From positions 176,474 through 240,473 of the forward strand of contig CAWCZO010000007.1 of assembly GCA_963800065.1 (NCBI GenBank): a DNA stretch of 64,000 nucleotides, in the 5' to 3' direction. Source of the DNA: an uncultured Acidimicrobiaceae bacterium (GTDB lineage Bacteria > Actinomycetota > Acidimicrobiia > Acidimicrobiales > UBA8190). The notes under the pieces are model-generated. The model worked only from the letters and a program-made list of their open reading frames with translations. It was not told where the DNA came from and searched no databases. Both the position numbers and the translations under genes were made by a program. Of the stretch, positions 26,343-35,532 are shown piece after piece. Position 1 is the first letter of the stretch, and the number at the start of each line of letters is the position of its first letter.

Positions 26343-27952
26343 TGCCCGACCCCGGCCAGCCGGGTGATCCGCAGCACCCCCCACCGACCGCACCGGCTCA
26401 CGACGAGTCACCGACCCCAGGGTCGCCCCCCGGGGTGGCCCTGCGGGTCGAGCACCTGTCCAAGACGTTCCCCGGGACACGGGCACTCATCGACGTGTCC
26501 TTCGCCGTGCGGGCCGGCGAGATCCACGCCCTCGTAGGGGGAAACGGGTCCGGCAAGTCGACCCTCATCAAGATCCTGGCCGGCGTCTACCACGGCGACC
26601 CCGGGGGGACGATCACCGTGGGAGACACCACACTGTCCGCCGACCACACCACCCCGGCCAAGGCCAAGGCGCTCGGCCTCCACTTCGTGCACCAGAACCC
26701 GGCGGTGTTCCCCGCCCTGTCGGTGTCCGAGAACATGGTCATCGGCCACGGTTTCACCACCAACGGGGTGGGGTCGATCAAGTGGCGGGCGCTGCGCCGG
26801 CAGACGCAGGCCCTGCTCGACCGCTTCGAGATCAACGTGCGCCCCGAAGCCCTGGTGAGCTCTCTGCGGCCGGCCGAGCGCGCCATGGTGGCCATCGCCC
26901 GGGCCCTGCAGGACCAGGAGGGACAGCACACCGGGGTGCTGGTCCTCGACGAGCCGACGGCCTCCCTGCCGCGTGCCGAGGTGGTACGCCTGATGGGAGC
27001 GTTGAACCGGTTCGCGGCGGCCGGACAGACCATCCTGTTCGTGAGCCACCGGCTCGACGAGGTGATCGACACCGCCGCCGAGGCCACCGTGCTTCGTGAC
27101 GGACGCCTGGCCGGCACCCTGGTCGGTGCCGAGATCACCGAGGAGCGGCTGATCGAGCTCATCGCCGGCCGGACCCTCGACCGGATGTACCCGGTCATGC
27201 CCCCGGTCGAGAGTGACGCGGTGGCCCTCGAAGCCAGAGGCCTGACGGGAGGACCACTGCGGGGAGTCGATTTCCAGCTACGGCGGGGCGAGGTCCTGGG
27301 GGTCGCCGGCCTGCTCGGTTCGGGTCGGTCCGAGTTGCTGAAGATGATCTTCGGCGCCTACCCGATCAAGTCGGGAACGCTGCTCGTCGACGGGAAGCCC
27401 GTGCGGTTCCGCGACATCGGCGACGCCATGGCGGCGGGGATCGCCTACGTTCCCGAGGACCGCGGTGGGGAAGCCGCCTTTCTCAATCAGAGCCTGGCCG
27501 ACAATGTCGTGGCCTCGTCCATCGGTCGGTACTGGCGCGCCCTGCGGTTGCGGAACCGGGCCATCGACCACGATGCCCGGGACATCATCACCCGCTACTT
27601 CATCCGGGCGTCCTCGGAGAAGCAGGTGATGGGCACCTTGTCGGGTGGGAACCAACAGAAGGTGGTGCTGGCCCGCTGGCTCAGCCGAGGCCCCCACATC
27701 CTCCTGCTCGACGAGCCCACCCAAGGTGTCGACGTGAACGCCCGGGCCGAGATCTATGCCCTGATCAGTAAGGCTGTCGGCGACGGCTGTTCCGTGCTCC
27801 TGGTCACGAGCGACTTCGAGGAGCTGTCGAGGGTGGCGGACCGCGCCGTCGTGCTGAGCGGCGGGAGGGTCACGGCCGAGCTGAGGGGGGCCGAGATCGA
27901 GCCCGTCCGCCTGACCGAACTGGCCTTCAGCACCCAGGAGGTGGCCTCATGA
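26342..27952 (+). CDS. Sugar ABC transporter ATPase (two ABC domains, RbsA/MglA-like)
   Basis: ATG 26342 overlaps the previous stop. Walker A GGNGSGKST. Second domain has LSGGNQQKV. Confidence 0.9.
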   Translation: MPDPGQPGDPQHPPPTAPAHDESPTPGSPPGVALRVEHLSKTFPGTRALIDVSFAVRAGEIHALVGGNGSGKSTLIKILAGVYHGDPGGTITVGDTTLSADHTTPAKAKALGLHFVHQNPAVFPALSVSENMVIGHGFTTNGVGSIKWRALRRQTQALLDRFEINVRPEALVSSLRPAERAMVAIARALQDQEGQHTGVLVLDEPTASLPRAEVVRLMGALNRFAAAGQTILFVSHRLDEVIDTAAEATVLRDGRLAGTLVGAEITEERLIELIAGRTLDRMYPVMPPVESDAVALEARGLTGGPLRGVDFQLRRGEVLGVAGLLGSGRSELLKMIFGAYPIKSGTLLVDGKPVRFRDIGDAMAAGIAYVPEDRGGEAAFLNQSLADNVVASSIGRYWRALRLRNRAIDHDARDIITRYFIRASSEKQVMGTLSGGNQQKVVLARWLSRGPHILLLDEPTQGVDVNARAEIYALISKAVGDGCSVLLVTSDFEELSRVADRAVVLSGGRVTAELRGAEIEPVRLTELAFSTQEVAS

Positions 27953-29013
27953 CCGTCGTCTCGGACGCCGCTGCGGAAAAGGGTGGAGCGGCCACCGGCC
28001 ACCCCGCCGTTCCCGACACCTCGGGCCCCATGGGCCGGAGCCGGGGTCGTGAGCTGCTGCTCGAGTTCACCGAACGCTATGCGCTGGTGGTGCTCTTCAT
28101 CGCCACCCTGGTCTTCTTCAGTGTGTGGTCGAAGACCTCGAGTATTTTCTTCACCTCCAGCAACTTCAAGAACGTCCTCGGAGGCGAGGCCTATTCGGGG
28201 ATCCTGGCCCTGGCCATCATGATCCCACTCGTCTGTGGCGAGTTCGACTTCTCGGTGGGCAACAGCGCCGGACTCACCCAGGTCCTCTGTGCCGGGTTCA
28301 TGGCGCGCCTCGGTATGCCTATTCCCCTGGCCATCATCCTCCCCATCGGCGTCGGTGCCTTCATCGGCCTGAACAACGGCAACACCGTGGCCCGGATCGG
28401 GGTGAACTCCCTCATCGTCACCCTGGGGATCTCGTCGGTTCTCCTGGGTATCGTCCAGTGGTACACGAACGGCCAGTCCATCAGTAACAACATCTCACCC
28501 TGGTTGACCAACATCGCCACCGACCAGTGGTTCGGGCTGCCCGTGACCGTCTACCTCCTGGCCTTCGCCGCCCTCGTCGTGTACTACATGCTCGAGCACA
28601 CCCCCTACGGCCGCTACCTCTACAGCATCGGCTCCAACCGCGACGCGGCCCGCCTGGTCGGACTGCGGGTGGAACGGTACGTGCTCACCGCCTTCGTCCT
28701 CTCCGGGACGCTGGCCGGCGTCGCCGGGATCCTGTTGGTGGCGCGCAGCGGCGGTGGGAACCCACAAGCGGGACAGATCATCGACACCCTCCAGGCCCTG
28801 GCTGCCGCCTACCTGGGGGCCACGGCCATCAAGCCGGGGCGCTTCAACGTGTTGGGGACGATGATCGCCATCTACTTCCTGGCCTTCACCGTCACCGGCC
28901 TCTCGCTCGCCGGCGTGGCCGACTGGATCAACAGCGTCTTCGACGGCGCCGCCCTCTTCGTGGCCGTCCTGGTCTCGACCATCATCGGCCGCCGCCGGGC
29001 GGGGACCAGCTGA
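27949..29013 (+). CDS. Sugar ABC transporter permease (RbsC-like)
   Basis: ATGA overlap with the previous gene. Polytopic, with the TLGISSVLLG and ARSGGGNPQAG patterns typical of AraH/RbsC permeases. Confidence 0.9.
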   Translation: MTVVSDAAAEKGGAATGHPAVPDTSGPMGRSRGRELLLEFTERYALVVLFIATLVFFSVWSKTSSIFFTSSNFKNVLGGEAYSGILALAIMIPLVCGEFDFSVGNSAGLTQVLCAGFMARLGMPIPLAIILPIGVGAFIGLNNGNTVARIGVNSLIVTLGISSVLLGIVQWYTNGQSISNNISPWLTNIATDQWFGLPVTVYLLAFAALVVYYMLEHTPYGRYLYSIGSNRDAARLVGLRVERYVLTAFVLSGTLAGVAGILLVARSGGGNPQAGQIIDTLQALAAAYLGATAIKPGRFNVLGTMIAIYFLAFTVTGLSLAGVADWINSVFDGAALFVAVLVSTIIGRRRAGTS

Positions 29014-29055
29014 CCGACGGCGGGAGCAGAATCCCTTCACCGACAAGGACCCACC

Positions 29056-29481
29056 ATGGCTCGAAAGACCAAGACCGATCAGCTACAGGGTGTCCAGATG
29101 TTCTCCGCCTGCACGGACAAGGAGCTGGCGCAGATCGCCCGCGCCTGCGACGAGATGGCGGTCGAGGCCGGCTCCGACGTGGTGGAGGAGGGGACCGCCG
29201 GTGAGGGCTTCTACCTGATCGTGACCGGCGAGGCGGAGGTCACCCGCGGGGGCCACCCGGTGGCCACCGTGGGCCCGGGCCAGTACTTCGGCGAGCTCTC
29301 CTTGCTCGACGAGGCCCCCCGCAACGCCACCGTCACCGCCCGGACCCCGATGACGCTCCTCAGACTGAGACGGCGCGAGTTCGCCGCCGTCCTCGACTCC
29401 TGGCCCGGAGTGGCCCACAAGCTCCTTCAGCAGATGGCGCGGCGACTGCGTGAGGCGGACGAGCAGGCCGTCTCCAACTAG
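29056..29481 (+). CDS. Stand-alone cyclic-nucleotide-binding domain protein
   Basis: GEGFYLIVTGEA..YFGELSLLD..PRNATVTA is a canonical cNMP-binding (Crp-like) cassette with no DNA-binding domain. Confidence 0.8.
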   Translation: MARKTKTDQLQGVQMFSACTDKELAQIARACDEMAVEAGSDVVEEGTAGEGFYLIVTGEAEVTRGGHPVATVGPGQYFGELSLLDEAPRNATVTARTPMTLLRLRRREFAAVLDSWPGVAHKLLQQMARRLREADEQAVSN

Positions 29482-29825
29482 GAGGTCGTCGGCCGCGGTG
29501 GCGCCCCGCCGTCGGTGGGCGAGGTGACGGTGAGCCAGCTCGTCCCCGGAAGCGTCTCGACGAGGCGGTGCCAGGTACCGGCCCGGAGCATGACCCAGTC
29601 CCCGGGTCCGAGGTGCAGTCGCTCGTCGTCGACGTCCAGCGTGGCCCGCCCGTGGATGACGACGACCCACTCGTCGGCGTCCTGCCGGTACTCGACGGGC
29701 CCGTCGAGCCGTCCACTCAGGATCTGGTCGACCACGGTGTGACCGAGCTCGGCCAGCCGGACGACGCGTTCGCCGCTGGCGGGTGCGCCGTCGGGTTGAA
29801 CGAGGCGGCCGCGGGCGAAGGACAC
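29478..29825 (-). CDS. Cupin domain protein
   Basis: 115 aa with DEWVVVIHGRATL..GDWVMLRAGTWHR, a cupin two-motif pattern. Its stop shares CTAG with the convergent gene. Confidence 0.7.
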   Translation of the reverse strand: MSFARGRLVQPDGAPASGERVVRLAELGHTVVDQILSGRLDGPVEYRQDADEWVVVIHGRATLDVDDERLHLGPGDWVMLRAGTWHRLVETLPGTSWLTVTSPTDGGAPPRPTTS

Positions 29826-29874
29826 GGGGCGACGCTAGCGCCGGGGGCGCCGTACCTCCGGTACCGTTTTCGCC

Positions 29875-31155
29875 ATGGTCGACCAAATGACCGTGGTCCG
29901 GACCCGGCGGTTACGGGCGGGGGTCTCGGTGGCGCTGGCGACCGTGATCCTGTCGCTGCCGGCTGACAACGCGTCATCGGCACCCGTGGCGTCGGCCGGA
30001 GCTGTCCGTGTTCCTCACGGTGCCGTGCCGACGGACGCCACGAGCGTCGGCTCGGCGTACGAGTTCCTCGATCTCATGATGGACCGGTATGCCACCGGGT
30101 CGACGCCGCGGCTCGTCCAGAGCTTCACGGGAGGTCTTCTCGGACTGGAGAAGTTCACCGACTCCGAGACCTACGACGACGCCCTCATCATCGACGCCTT
30201 CCTGGCCGAGGGGACCCCGGACGGGCTGGCGCGGGCGGAGGCCGTGGGCGACGCCCTGCTCGAGGTGCAGGCCGATGATCCCGACCATGACGGCCGGATC
30301 CGCGAAGCCTACGCACCGACATCGCTGCTGGCCCCCCACGGGGTGGGGATCACGGACCGGACGAGCGACGTGGGCAACATGGCCTGGGTCGGTCAGTCCC
30401 TGGTCGAGCTCTACGCCGTCACCGGGACCCCGTCGTATCTGGCCGGCGCGGTGGCGATCGGGAAGTGGGTCCAATCACACGCCGCCGACACCCGGGGAGC
30501 CGGAGGCTACACGGGCGGGTACACGGCGCGGGGCGAGCGGATCAGGTGGAAGTCGACGGAACACAATATCGATCTCTACGTCCTGTTCACGAGCCTGGCC
30601 ACCGAGACGGGCAACGCCGCCTGGTCGGTGCGGGCGGCCCGGGCCCGGTACTTCGTCGAGTCGATGTGGGACCCGTCGGCGGGGACGTTCTATGTCGGGA
30701 CGACCGACAATGGTGTGACGCCGAACGACACCGAGCATCCCGAGGACGTCGACAGCTGGTCGTACCTGGCCCTCGGAGACCCGGCCTACTCGTCGTCGAT
30801 CGACTGGGACGTGACGAATCTGGCCGTCACGGCCGGAGGGTTCAGCGGGGTCAGCTTCTGTAGCGGCGACCGCAGCGGCGTGTGGTTCGAGGGGACCTCG
30901 CACCTGGCGGACGCCCTCGAGATGCGTGACGGCCCCGGCGACGCCGCTCGAGCCGATCAGTACCTGTCCGATGTCGCCGAGGCCCAGGCCGACGGTCCGG
31001 ACAGCGACGGCCTGGGCATCATGGCCGCGTCGAAGAACCGGCTGAGCGATTGTGACGGCGACTACTACTACGCATCCCTGCACACCGGTGCCACCGCCTG
31101 GTACATCCTGGCGGCGCAGCGCGTGAATCCCCTGTCGCTGTTCGCGTCGGCTTGA
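29875..31155 (+). CDS. Secreted protein, possibly (alpha/alpha)6-barrel glycosidase-like
   Basis: Signal-like N-terminus RRLRAGVSVALATVILSLPA, with helical-repeat-like composition (YDDALIIDAFL, NMAWVGQSLVELY, ATAWYILA). Function not recognised. Confidence 0.45.
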   Translation: MVDQMTVVRTRRLRAGVSVALATVILSLPADNASSAPVASAGAVRVPHGAVPTDATSVGSAYEFLDLMMDRYATGSTPRLVQSFTGGLLGLEKFTDSETYDDALIIDAFLAEGTPDGLARAEAVGDALLEVQADDPDHDGRIREAYAPTSLLAPHGVGITDRTSDVGNMAWVGQSLVELYAVTGTPSYLAGAVAIGKWVQSHAADTRGAGGYTGGYTARGERIRWKSTEHNIDLYVLFTSLATETGNAAWSVRAARARYFVESMWDPSAGTFYVGTTDNGVTPNDTEHPEDVDSWSYLALGDPAYSSSIDWDVTNLAVTAGGFSGVSFCSGDRSGVWFEGTSHLADALEMRDGPGDAARADQYLSDVAEAQADGPDSDGLGIMAASKNRLSDCDGDYYYASLHTGATAWYILAAQRVNPLSLFASA

Positions 31156-31207
31156 CCCGGGCGGGCGCCACCGCTGGGGACTTCAGCAGCCCGTCGACCG
31201 GGAGGCG

Positions 31208-31393
31208 GTGCACCGGCCTATCGTTAGTGCCATGGGGTGCCTCGTCGCCGTCTTTCTGTTGCTGGCCCTGATCTTCGTGGGGTTCGGATTCGCCGTCCAC
31301 CTTCTGTGGATCATCGCCGCCGTCTTCTTCGTTTTCTGGCTGGCCGGCTTCGCCTTCGGCCGGGGCCACCGCTGGGGTAGCGGGCGGCGCTAG
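31208..31393 (+). CDS. Small two-TM membrane protein
   Basis: 61 aa with two hydrophobic helices and a basic tail GRGHRWGSGRR. GGAGG lies just upstream of GTG 31208 but the spacing is short. The start could instead be ATG 31232. Confidence 0.4.
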   Translation: MHRPIVSAMGCLVAVFLLLALIFVGFGFAVHLLWIIAAVFFVFWLAGFAFGRGHRWGSGRR

Positions 31394-31436
31394 CGGCGAC
31401 GCCCCCGACAGGGGCCACCAAGGACCGCCTGCCGGG

Positions 31437-34400
31437 TCAGGCCTGGTCGAGCTGGTCCCGCAGAGCGGCCCACTGACGCCCGAGGGCCGGCAGGGCGAGT
31501 GCGCCGGCGGTGGCGTCGGCCTCGTCGGTGAGCTGAGCGGCCCGGGTCGTCTCGCCGCGCTCCAGCCACGTCTGGGCCCAGTCGAGTTGGCAACGCGCCA
31601 TCCAGACCGGGCTCATCAGCCCACGGCTGAAGGCGATCGCCTCGTCGAAATGCCGATCGGCGTCCGTCGGTCGGCCGAGCAGTACCTCCAGGTTGGCCAG
31701 CAACCGCGACGCCGGTCCGCAGCCGACACTGCCCGAGGTCATCTGTATGCCGTCATGGGGCCGGAGGATCTCGCACAGGTCGGAGGCGGCACGGCGATCA
31801 CCGATATAGGCGGCGACCTCGGACCACAGGGCCACCGCCAGGGGCCATTCGATGTCGTCGGGGATGTCACCGAAGCCGGCGTGACTCGCCCTGTGAAGCA
31901 GGATGGCGGCATCGTCGCGGTGATCGCTCTCGACCAGCGCGAAGGCCACGGCCGCCGCCGCCGCTGCTGAGGGTGGTCGGGATGCGGCATCGACCGTCAG
32001 GGCCGGGATGAGCTCCGGAAGCCGCTCCTGTTCGCGGCGAAGAGCGAGTTGAGAGATGGCTCCGACCTTGTCGGTCTGGATCGTTCCGGTCATTCGCCGC
32101 ACGTCGCACGCCTCGGCGGACAGGGTCTCGGCGTCGGCCAGCCGGCCGTCGATGACGGCGAGGGCGTGGCCGAGCACGAGGTGGGAACGCAGCGCAATCT
32201 GGTTCTGACCGCCGGCCGACGTCTCCGACAGGGTCATCACCTGGGACCGGAGCATTTCGCCGTCCCCCGCCGTGAACGTGCAGAAGGCGGCGTTGGTCTG
32301 CGTGGTGGCCACCCAAAGGGGGTCACCCAGTGTGAGAGCGGCGTCGAGCGCCCGGCCGAAGAGCGGACGGTCGAGCCTGAACTGTCGCGCCGACCAGATC
32401 GATCGCGGGCGGGCCACGAACTCGGCGGCCGACACCTCGATGAGGGCCTGTTGGTCACCCGACAGTCGGGCCTGTTCCCGGGCGTCGTCGAGGATCGGGC
32501 CGCGGCGCGTCGAGGCACCGAGGAAGATCGATTCGACGGCCAGGGCGCCGAGCAGACGCGCCCGACGGGCAGGGGACCCGGGCAACCCCAACGAATACTC
32601 CAGGAGCTCGATCTTCTCGGGATCGCTCTGTTGCTCCTGGTCGAACGACGTCCGCACGTTGACGAGGAGCGCCTCGATCATGGCGTCGTCGAGCTCTGCC
32701 TTCCGGGCCAGAACGACGGCCTCGCGCAGATGGGCCCCGGCGTCTCCCACCCCGGAGACCAATTCCGCCTTGGCCAGGAGGGTGAGGAGGTCGACGTCGT
32801 CCCTGGTGGTCTCCGTCTCCTTGTCGGAGGGGTTCGACCGGAGTCGACGACGGGCGCCCCGGATGAGAGTGCCGTCCGAAACGGCGGCCACGACGTCGGC
32901 CTGCCCCGGCTGAGCCGAGACGGTGGCGACGTGCCCGGGGGAGTCGACGGACACGAGGACCCCTTCGGCGAACTCGACCCCGCACCGGTAGACGGTGGCC
33001 CCGGATTCGACGTAGTAGGCGTGGCCGGCGTCGTGGGAGTGTTCGAGGATCATGCAGTCGTAGCGCCGGGCCAGCCGGGCCAGCTCGTCGAACGTCTCCA
33101 CATCGACCACCAGTGGGGCCTTGACCGCCGGACTGGCCGTCACGGCCACCAGGTCGGGACGGAAGGCGGCATGGATGCGACCGGTCTCGTCCATGCGCCG
33201 ACGGCGCATCCACCAGATGCCGGCGCCGAAGGCGGCGAGGAGCGAGAGGATCAGGCCGACGAGGGCCAGCCGCCTGGCCCCGGTCACGGCGACGGCGCGC
33301 CCGAGGATCGTCATCTTCGCCGGCACCCGCGTCGGGCGTTCGACCGACCCGGGGCTGTCCGGGGTGAGGGCCTTGTCAGCGGCGACGCTGCCGCCCTGCA
33401 CCACGTCGATCTCCTGTTCGTTCACCGGGAAGGTGAGAGAAGGAGCGAACATGTCGGCGACGGGGGCGCCGTCGAGCGTCCCACGGATGTGCACGGTCGG
33501 TGTCACCACGATGTTCGGGTCCCCGAGAGGCATCCCCGTCTCGGTGTCGAAGGCCTTTTCCACCACGGCGATCTGTGTCAGGTCGAGGGGGACGTCGACG
33601 GTGGCGGTCGGGCCGGAGAAGGCGACGGGAGCCACGGTGCCCAGCGGAGCGCTCCATCCGTCGGGACCCTCGACTACGGCCGTGGCCCCTATGGTGCCCG
33701 ACACAGACACCGGGGCCTCCGATGCACGGCGCGTGGTGAGGTCCAACGAATAGCGTGCCGTCACCTCGAGGGAGTGGACGAGGTGCAGGAACACAGGGTC
33801 GCCCGTCGTCACCAATCCCGTCGGGTAGGTAATGCCGGCGGGGGCGAGGGCGGCGTAGGAGAAGCTGACGTGCTGGTCGAAGGCCACGGAACTCTGGCTC
33901 CCCCGGGTGATGGGCCGCGTCCACGTCACCGCTGTCAGAGCACCGAACACAACCACCAGGGCCAAGCCCACGGCGATGGGCCACCATCCCACCCGGACGG
34001 TCTCGCGCCCCACCCGATCGGAGTCCGTCCCCGCCCGCACGGTTTCCGGGGTGGCCTGCCGGGGACCCGGATCGACGGCGCCGGGGAGGACGGCTCGGCC
34101 CGGGCGCCGGCGCCGGCGCGCCGTCTGGCCGATGCCCAGGGCGACGAGGAAGAAAGCGAGAAGGCCGAGGACGATGGGAGATCGCACCCAGCCGAGGACG
34201 GTGCCGCCGTCGGGGATGTGGAGCCACAGGCGTCCCCTGATAGCCGAGGCGGGCAGCGCCTGGGGATCCTTGAACGAGTTGTTGTCCCCTTTGAAGGTGA
34301 ACAAACCGTTGTGTTCGGCCACGATCCGGTGGAGCACGGTGATGTGCAGCAACGGGCTGTGGTACCCGACGATCTCGCCGACGTGGTAGCTGCCACTGGG

Positions 34401-34559
34401 TACGATGACGGCGAGGTCGCCGGAGTGGAACCTCGGCTCCATGCTCACCCCGTGCGTGGTGACCAACGCCACCTCGCCGGTGGCCATCGCCACGATGGCG
34501 GCGAGGCCGATCACGACGACGAGGGCGGCGCAGATGCTTCGCAGCCGTCGCCCCCTCAT
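31437..34559 (-). CDS. SipW-type (S26, ER/archaeal-type) signal peptidase I fused to a DUF5305-like ectodomain and a ~570-aa cytoplasmic helical-repeat (TPR-like) domain
   Basis: N-terminus has a TM, then GVSMEPRFHSGDLAVI (Ser box), VLHRIV (His box) and FKGDNN (GDN box). Further TM segments lie near aa 128-146, 193-214 and 441-461. The C-terminal tail resembles the C-terminal repeats of large LAL/SARP regulators. Confidence 0.8.
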   Translation of the reverse strand: MRGRRLRSICAALVVVIGLAAIVAMATGEVALVTTHGVSMEPRFHSGDLAVIVPSGSYHVGEIVGYHSPLLHITVLHRIVAEHNGLFTFKGDNNSFKDPQALPASAIRGRLWLHIPDGGTVLGWVRSPIVLGLLAFFLVALGIGQTARRRRRPGRAVLPGAVDPGPRQATPETVRAGTDSDRVGRETVRVGWWPIAVGLALVVVFGALTAVTWTRPITRGSQSSVAFDQHVSFSYAALAPAGITYPTGLVTTGDPVFLHLVHSLEVTARYSLDLTTRRASEAPVSVSGTIGATAVVEGPDGWSAPLGTVAPVAFSGPTATVDVPLDLTQIAVVEKAFDTETGMPLGDPNIVVTPTVHIRGTLDGAPVADMFAPSLTFPVNEQEIDVVQGGSVAADKALTPDSPGSVERPTRVPAKMTILGRAVAVTGARRLALVGLILSLLAAFGAGIWWMRRRRMDETGRIHAAFRPDLVAVTASPAVKAPLVVDVETFDELARLARRYDCMILEHSHDAGHAYYVESGATVYRCGVEFAEGVLVSVDSPGHVATVSAQPGQADVVAAVSDGTLIRGARRRLRSNPSDKETETTRDDVDLLTLLAKAELVSGVGDAGAHLREAVVLARKAELDDAMIEALLVNVRTSFDQEQQSDPEKIELLEYSLGLPGSPARRARLLGALAVESIFLGASTRRGPILDDAREQARLSGDQQALIEVSAAEFVARPRSIWSARQFRLDRPLFGRALDAALTLGDPLWVATTQTNAAFCTFTAGDGEMLRSQVMTLSETSAGGQNQIALRSHLVLGHALAVIDGRLADAETLSAEACDVRRMTGTIQTDKVGAISQLALRREQERLPELIPALTVDAASRPPSAAAAAAVAFALVESDHRDDAAILLHRASHAGFGDIPDDIEWPLAVALWSEVAAYIGDRRAASDLCEILRPHDGIQMTSGSVGCGPASRLLANLEVLLGRPTDADRHFDEAIAFSRGLMSPVWMARCQLDWAQTWLERGETTRAAQLTDEADATAGALALPALGRQWAALRDQLDQA

Positions 34560-34632
34560 CGTCCCACCTCCCGAGGTGGGGTGGTGCGGGCCGTCACTGC
34601 CCGCACCACCCCGGTTCGGATACTTCGCCTAG

Positions 34633-35118
34633 TTAACTTGTCTGGGCTACCACGATGTCGGTGGCCGAGATGCCGTAGACCTCGGAACCACCCACGGGGG
34701 TGTAGTCCGCGATCTGCTGACCGATGCCGCCAGTGGCACCGGCGTTGTTGCAGGTCCACGTGGTTGCTCCGCCGTCAGCCGGGCTGCTGGTGTCGGCGAC
34801 CGCGGTGCAGTAGGTGGTGGGCGTGAGGTCCGCATCCGTATCGTCGAGTGTGAATCCGACGGAAGCGTCGTATCCCGTGGTCGTGTTCTGCACCGTCGTG
34901 AACGTGACCGTGTCGATCTGGGACCCGGTGGCACTGTCCTCGTACGTGTAGTAGATGTTGTCCACGGTGGCGCCGGTGGTGTTCACGGTCCCGTAGCCGA
35001 TCCGGTTCACGGCAGCCTGGGAGCTGAACAGCAGGCTCTGGGTGAATGCCGCCGAGCCAGCGAGCACAAGTGCCCCGACTCCGATAGCGGCGATAAGCGT
35101 CCTCTTGTTGCGTCGCAC
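34633..35118 (-). CDS. Small secreted protein with SipW-dependent-type signal peptide (TasA/camelysin-like candidate)
   Basis: GTG 35118 with GAGGAG 6 nt upstream. N-terminus RRNKRTLIAAIGVGALVLAGSAAFTQS resembles the SipW-cognate signal pattern. The mature part is Thr/Gly-rich. Sits 73 nt upstream of the sipW-fusion gene. Confidence 0.65.
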   Translation of the reverse strand: MRRNKRTLIAAIGVGALVLAGSAAFTQSLLFSSQAAVNRIGYGTVNTTGATVDNIYYTYEDSATGSQIDTVTFTTVQNTTTGYDASVGFTLDDTDADLTPTTYCTAVADTSSPADGGATTWTCNNAGATGGIGQQIADYTPVGGSEVYGISATDIVVAQTS

Positions 35119-35196
35119 GACTACTCCTCTCGTCCGTGAGATGGCCCGGTGGGCCTGGTGCGGCGGAACCCCCCCACACCCTCCTTGTGCGCACTT

Positions 35197-35210
35197 CCTT
35201 GCGCGCAAGG
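35197..35210. promoter_or_regulatory. Perfect 14-bp palindrome CCTTGCGCGCAAGG, candidate operator
   Basis: Seen directly. Preceded by the half-site-like CCTTGTGCGCA. Lies 79-92 nt upstream of the tasA-like start in the 414-bp divergent intergenic region. Confidence 0.3.
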
Positions 35211-35532
35211 TCTCCAATCGGCAGGTGGGGCAAAAAGCTGAAGTGCCTGATCGACATCCCGACCGGCGGCCGCCCGCACGCCTGAAGGGGGGCAAGCGGC
35301 GGGAGGGCGGTGCTCAGGCGATCGGATGGCCGGACAACCTCCGCCCAACGATCGGTTGTCCTCTACACCTATTGGCGACGGTCACGATCAGTGGCGGGGA
35401 ACGGCGGTGCCCGGTGCCCGGCGCTCACCCCGGATCGGGGCCGGCGGCCGGCATGAGCGGCGAGGGTGACGGCGCCCTGGCTAGCATTCCTGCTGGGAGG
35501 CGGCTGGGGGGCCGCTCAGAGGGGCGGTCCCG

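Noticed and set aside
29478-29481. Convergent cNMP-binding and cupin genes sharing a CTAG overlap of their stop codons.
   Set aside because: The overlap is real, but such 4-nt convergent stop overlaps are common in compact genomes. I see no functional implication.
32049-34826. 925-aa plus-strand ORF opposite the sipW-fusion gene, and the 793-aa ORF 35425..37806(-) opposite the repeat-protein gene.
   Set aside because: Same reasoning as above. The composition is typical of antisense frames, and the opposite strand carries coherent domain architectures (S26 boxes with TM helices, and 14 regular repeats with IPT domains).
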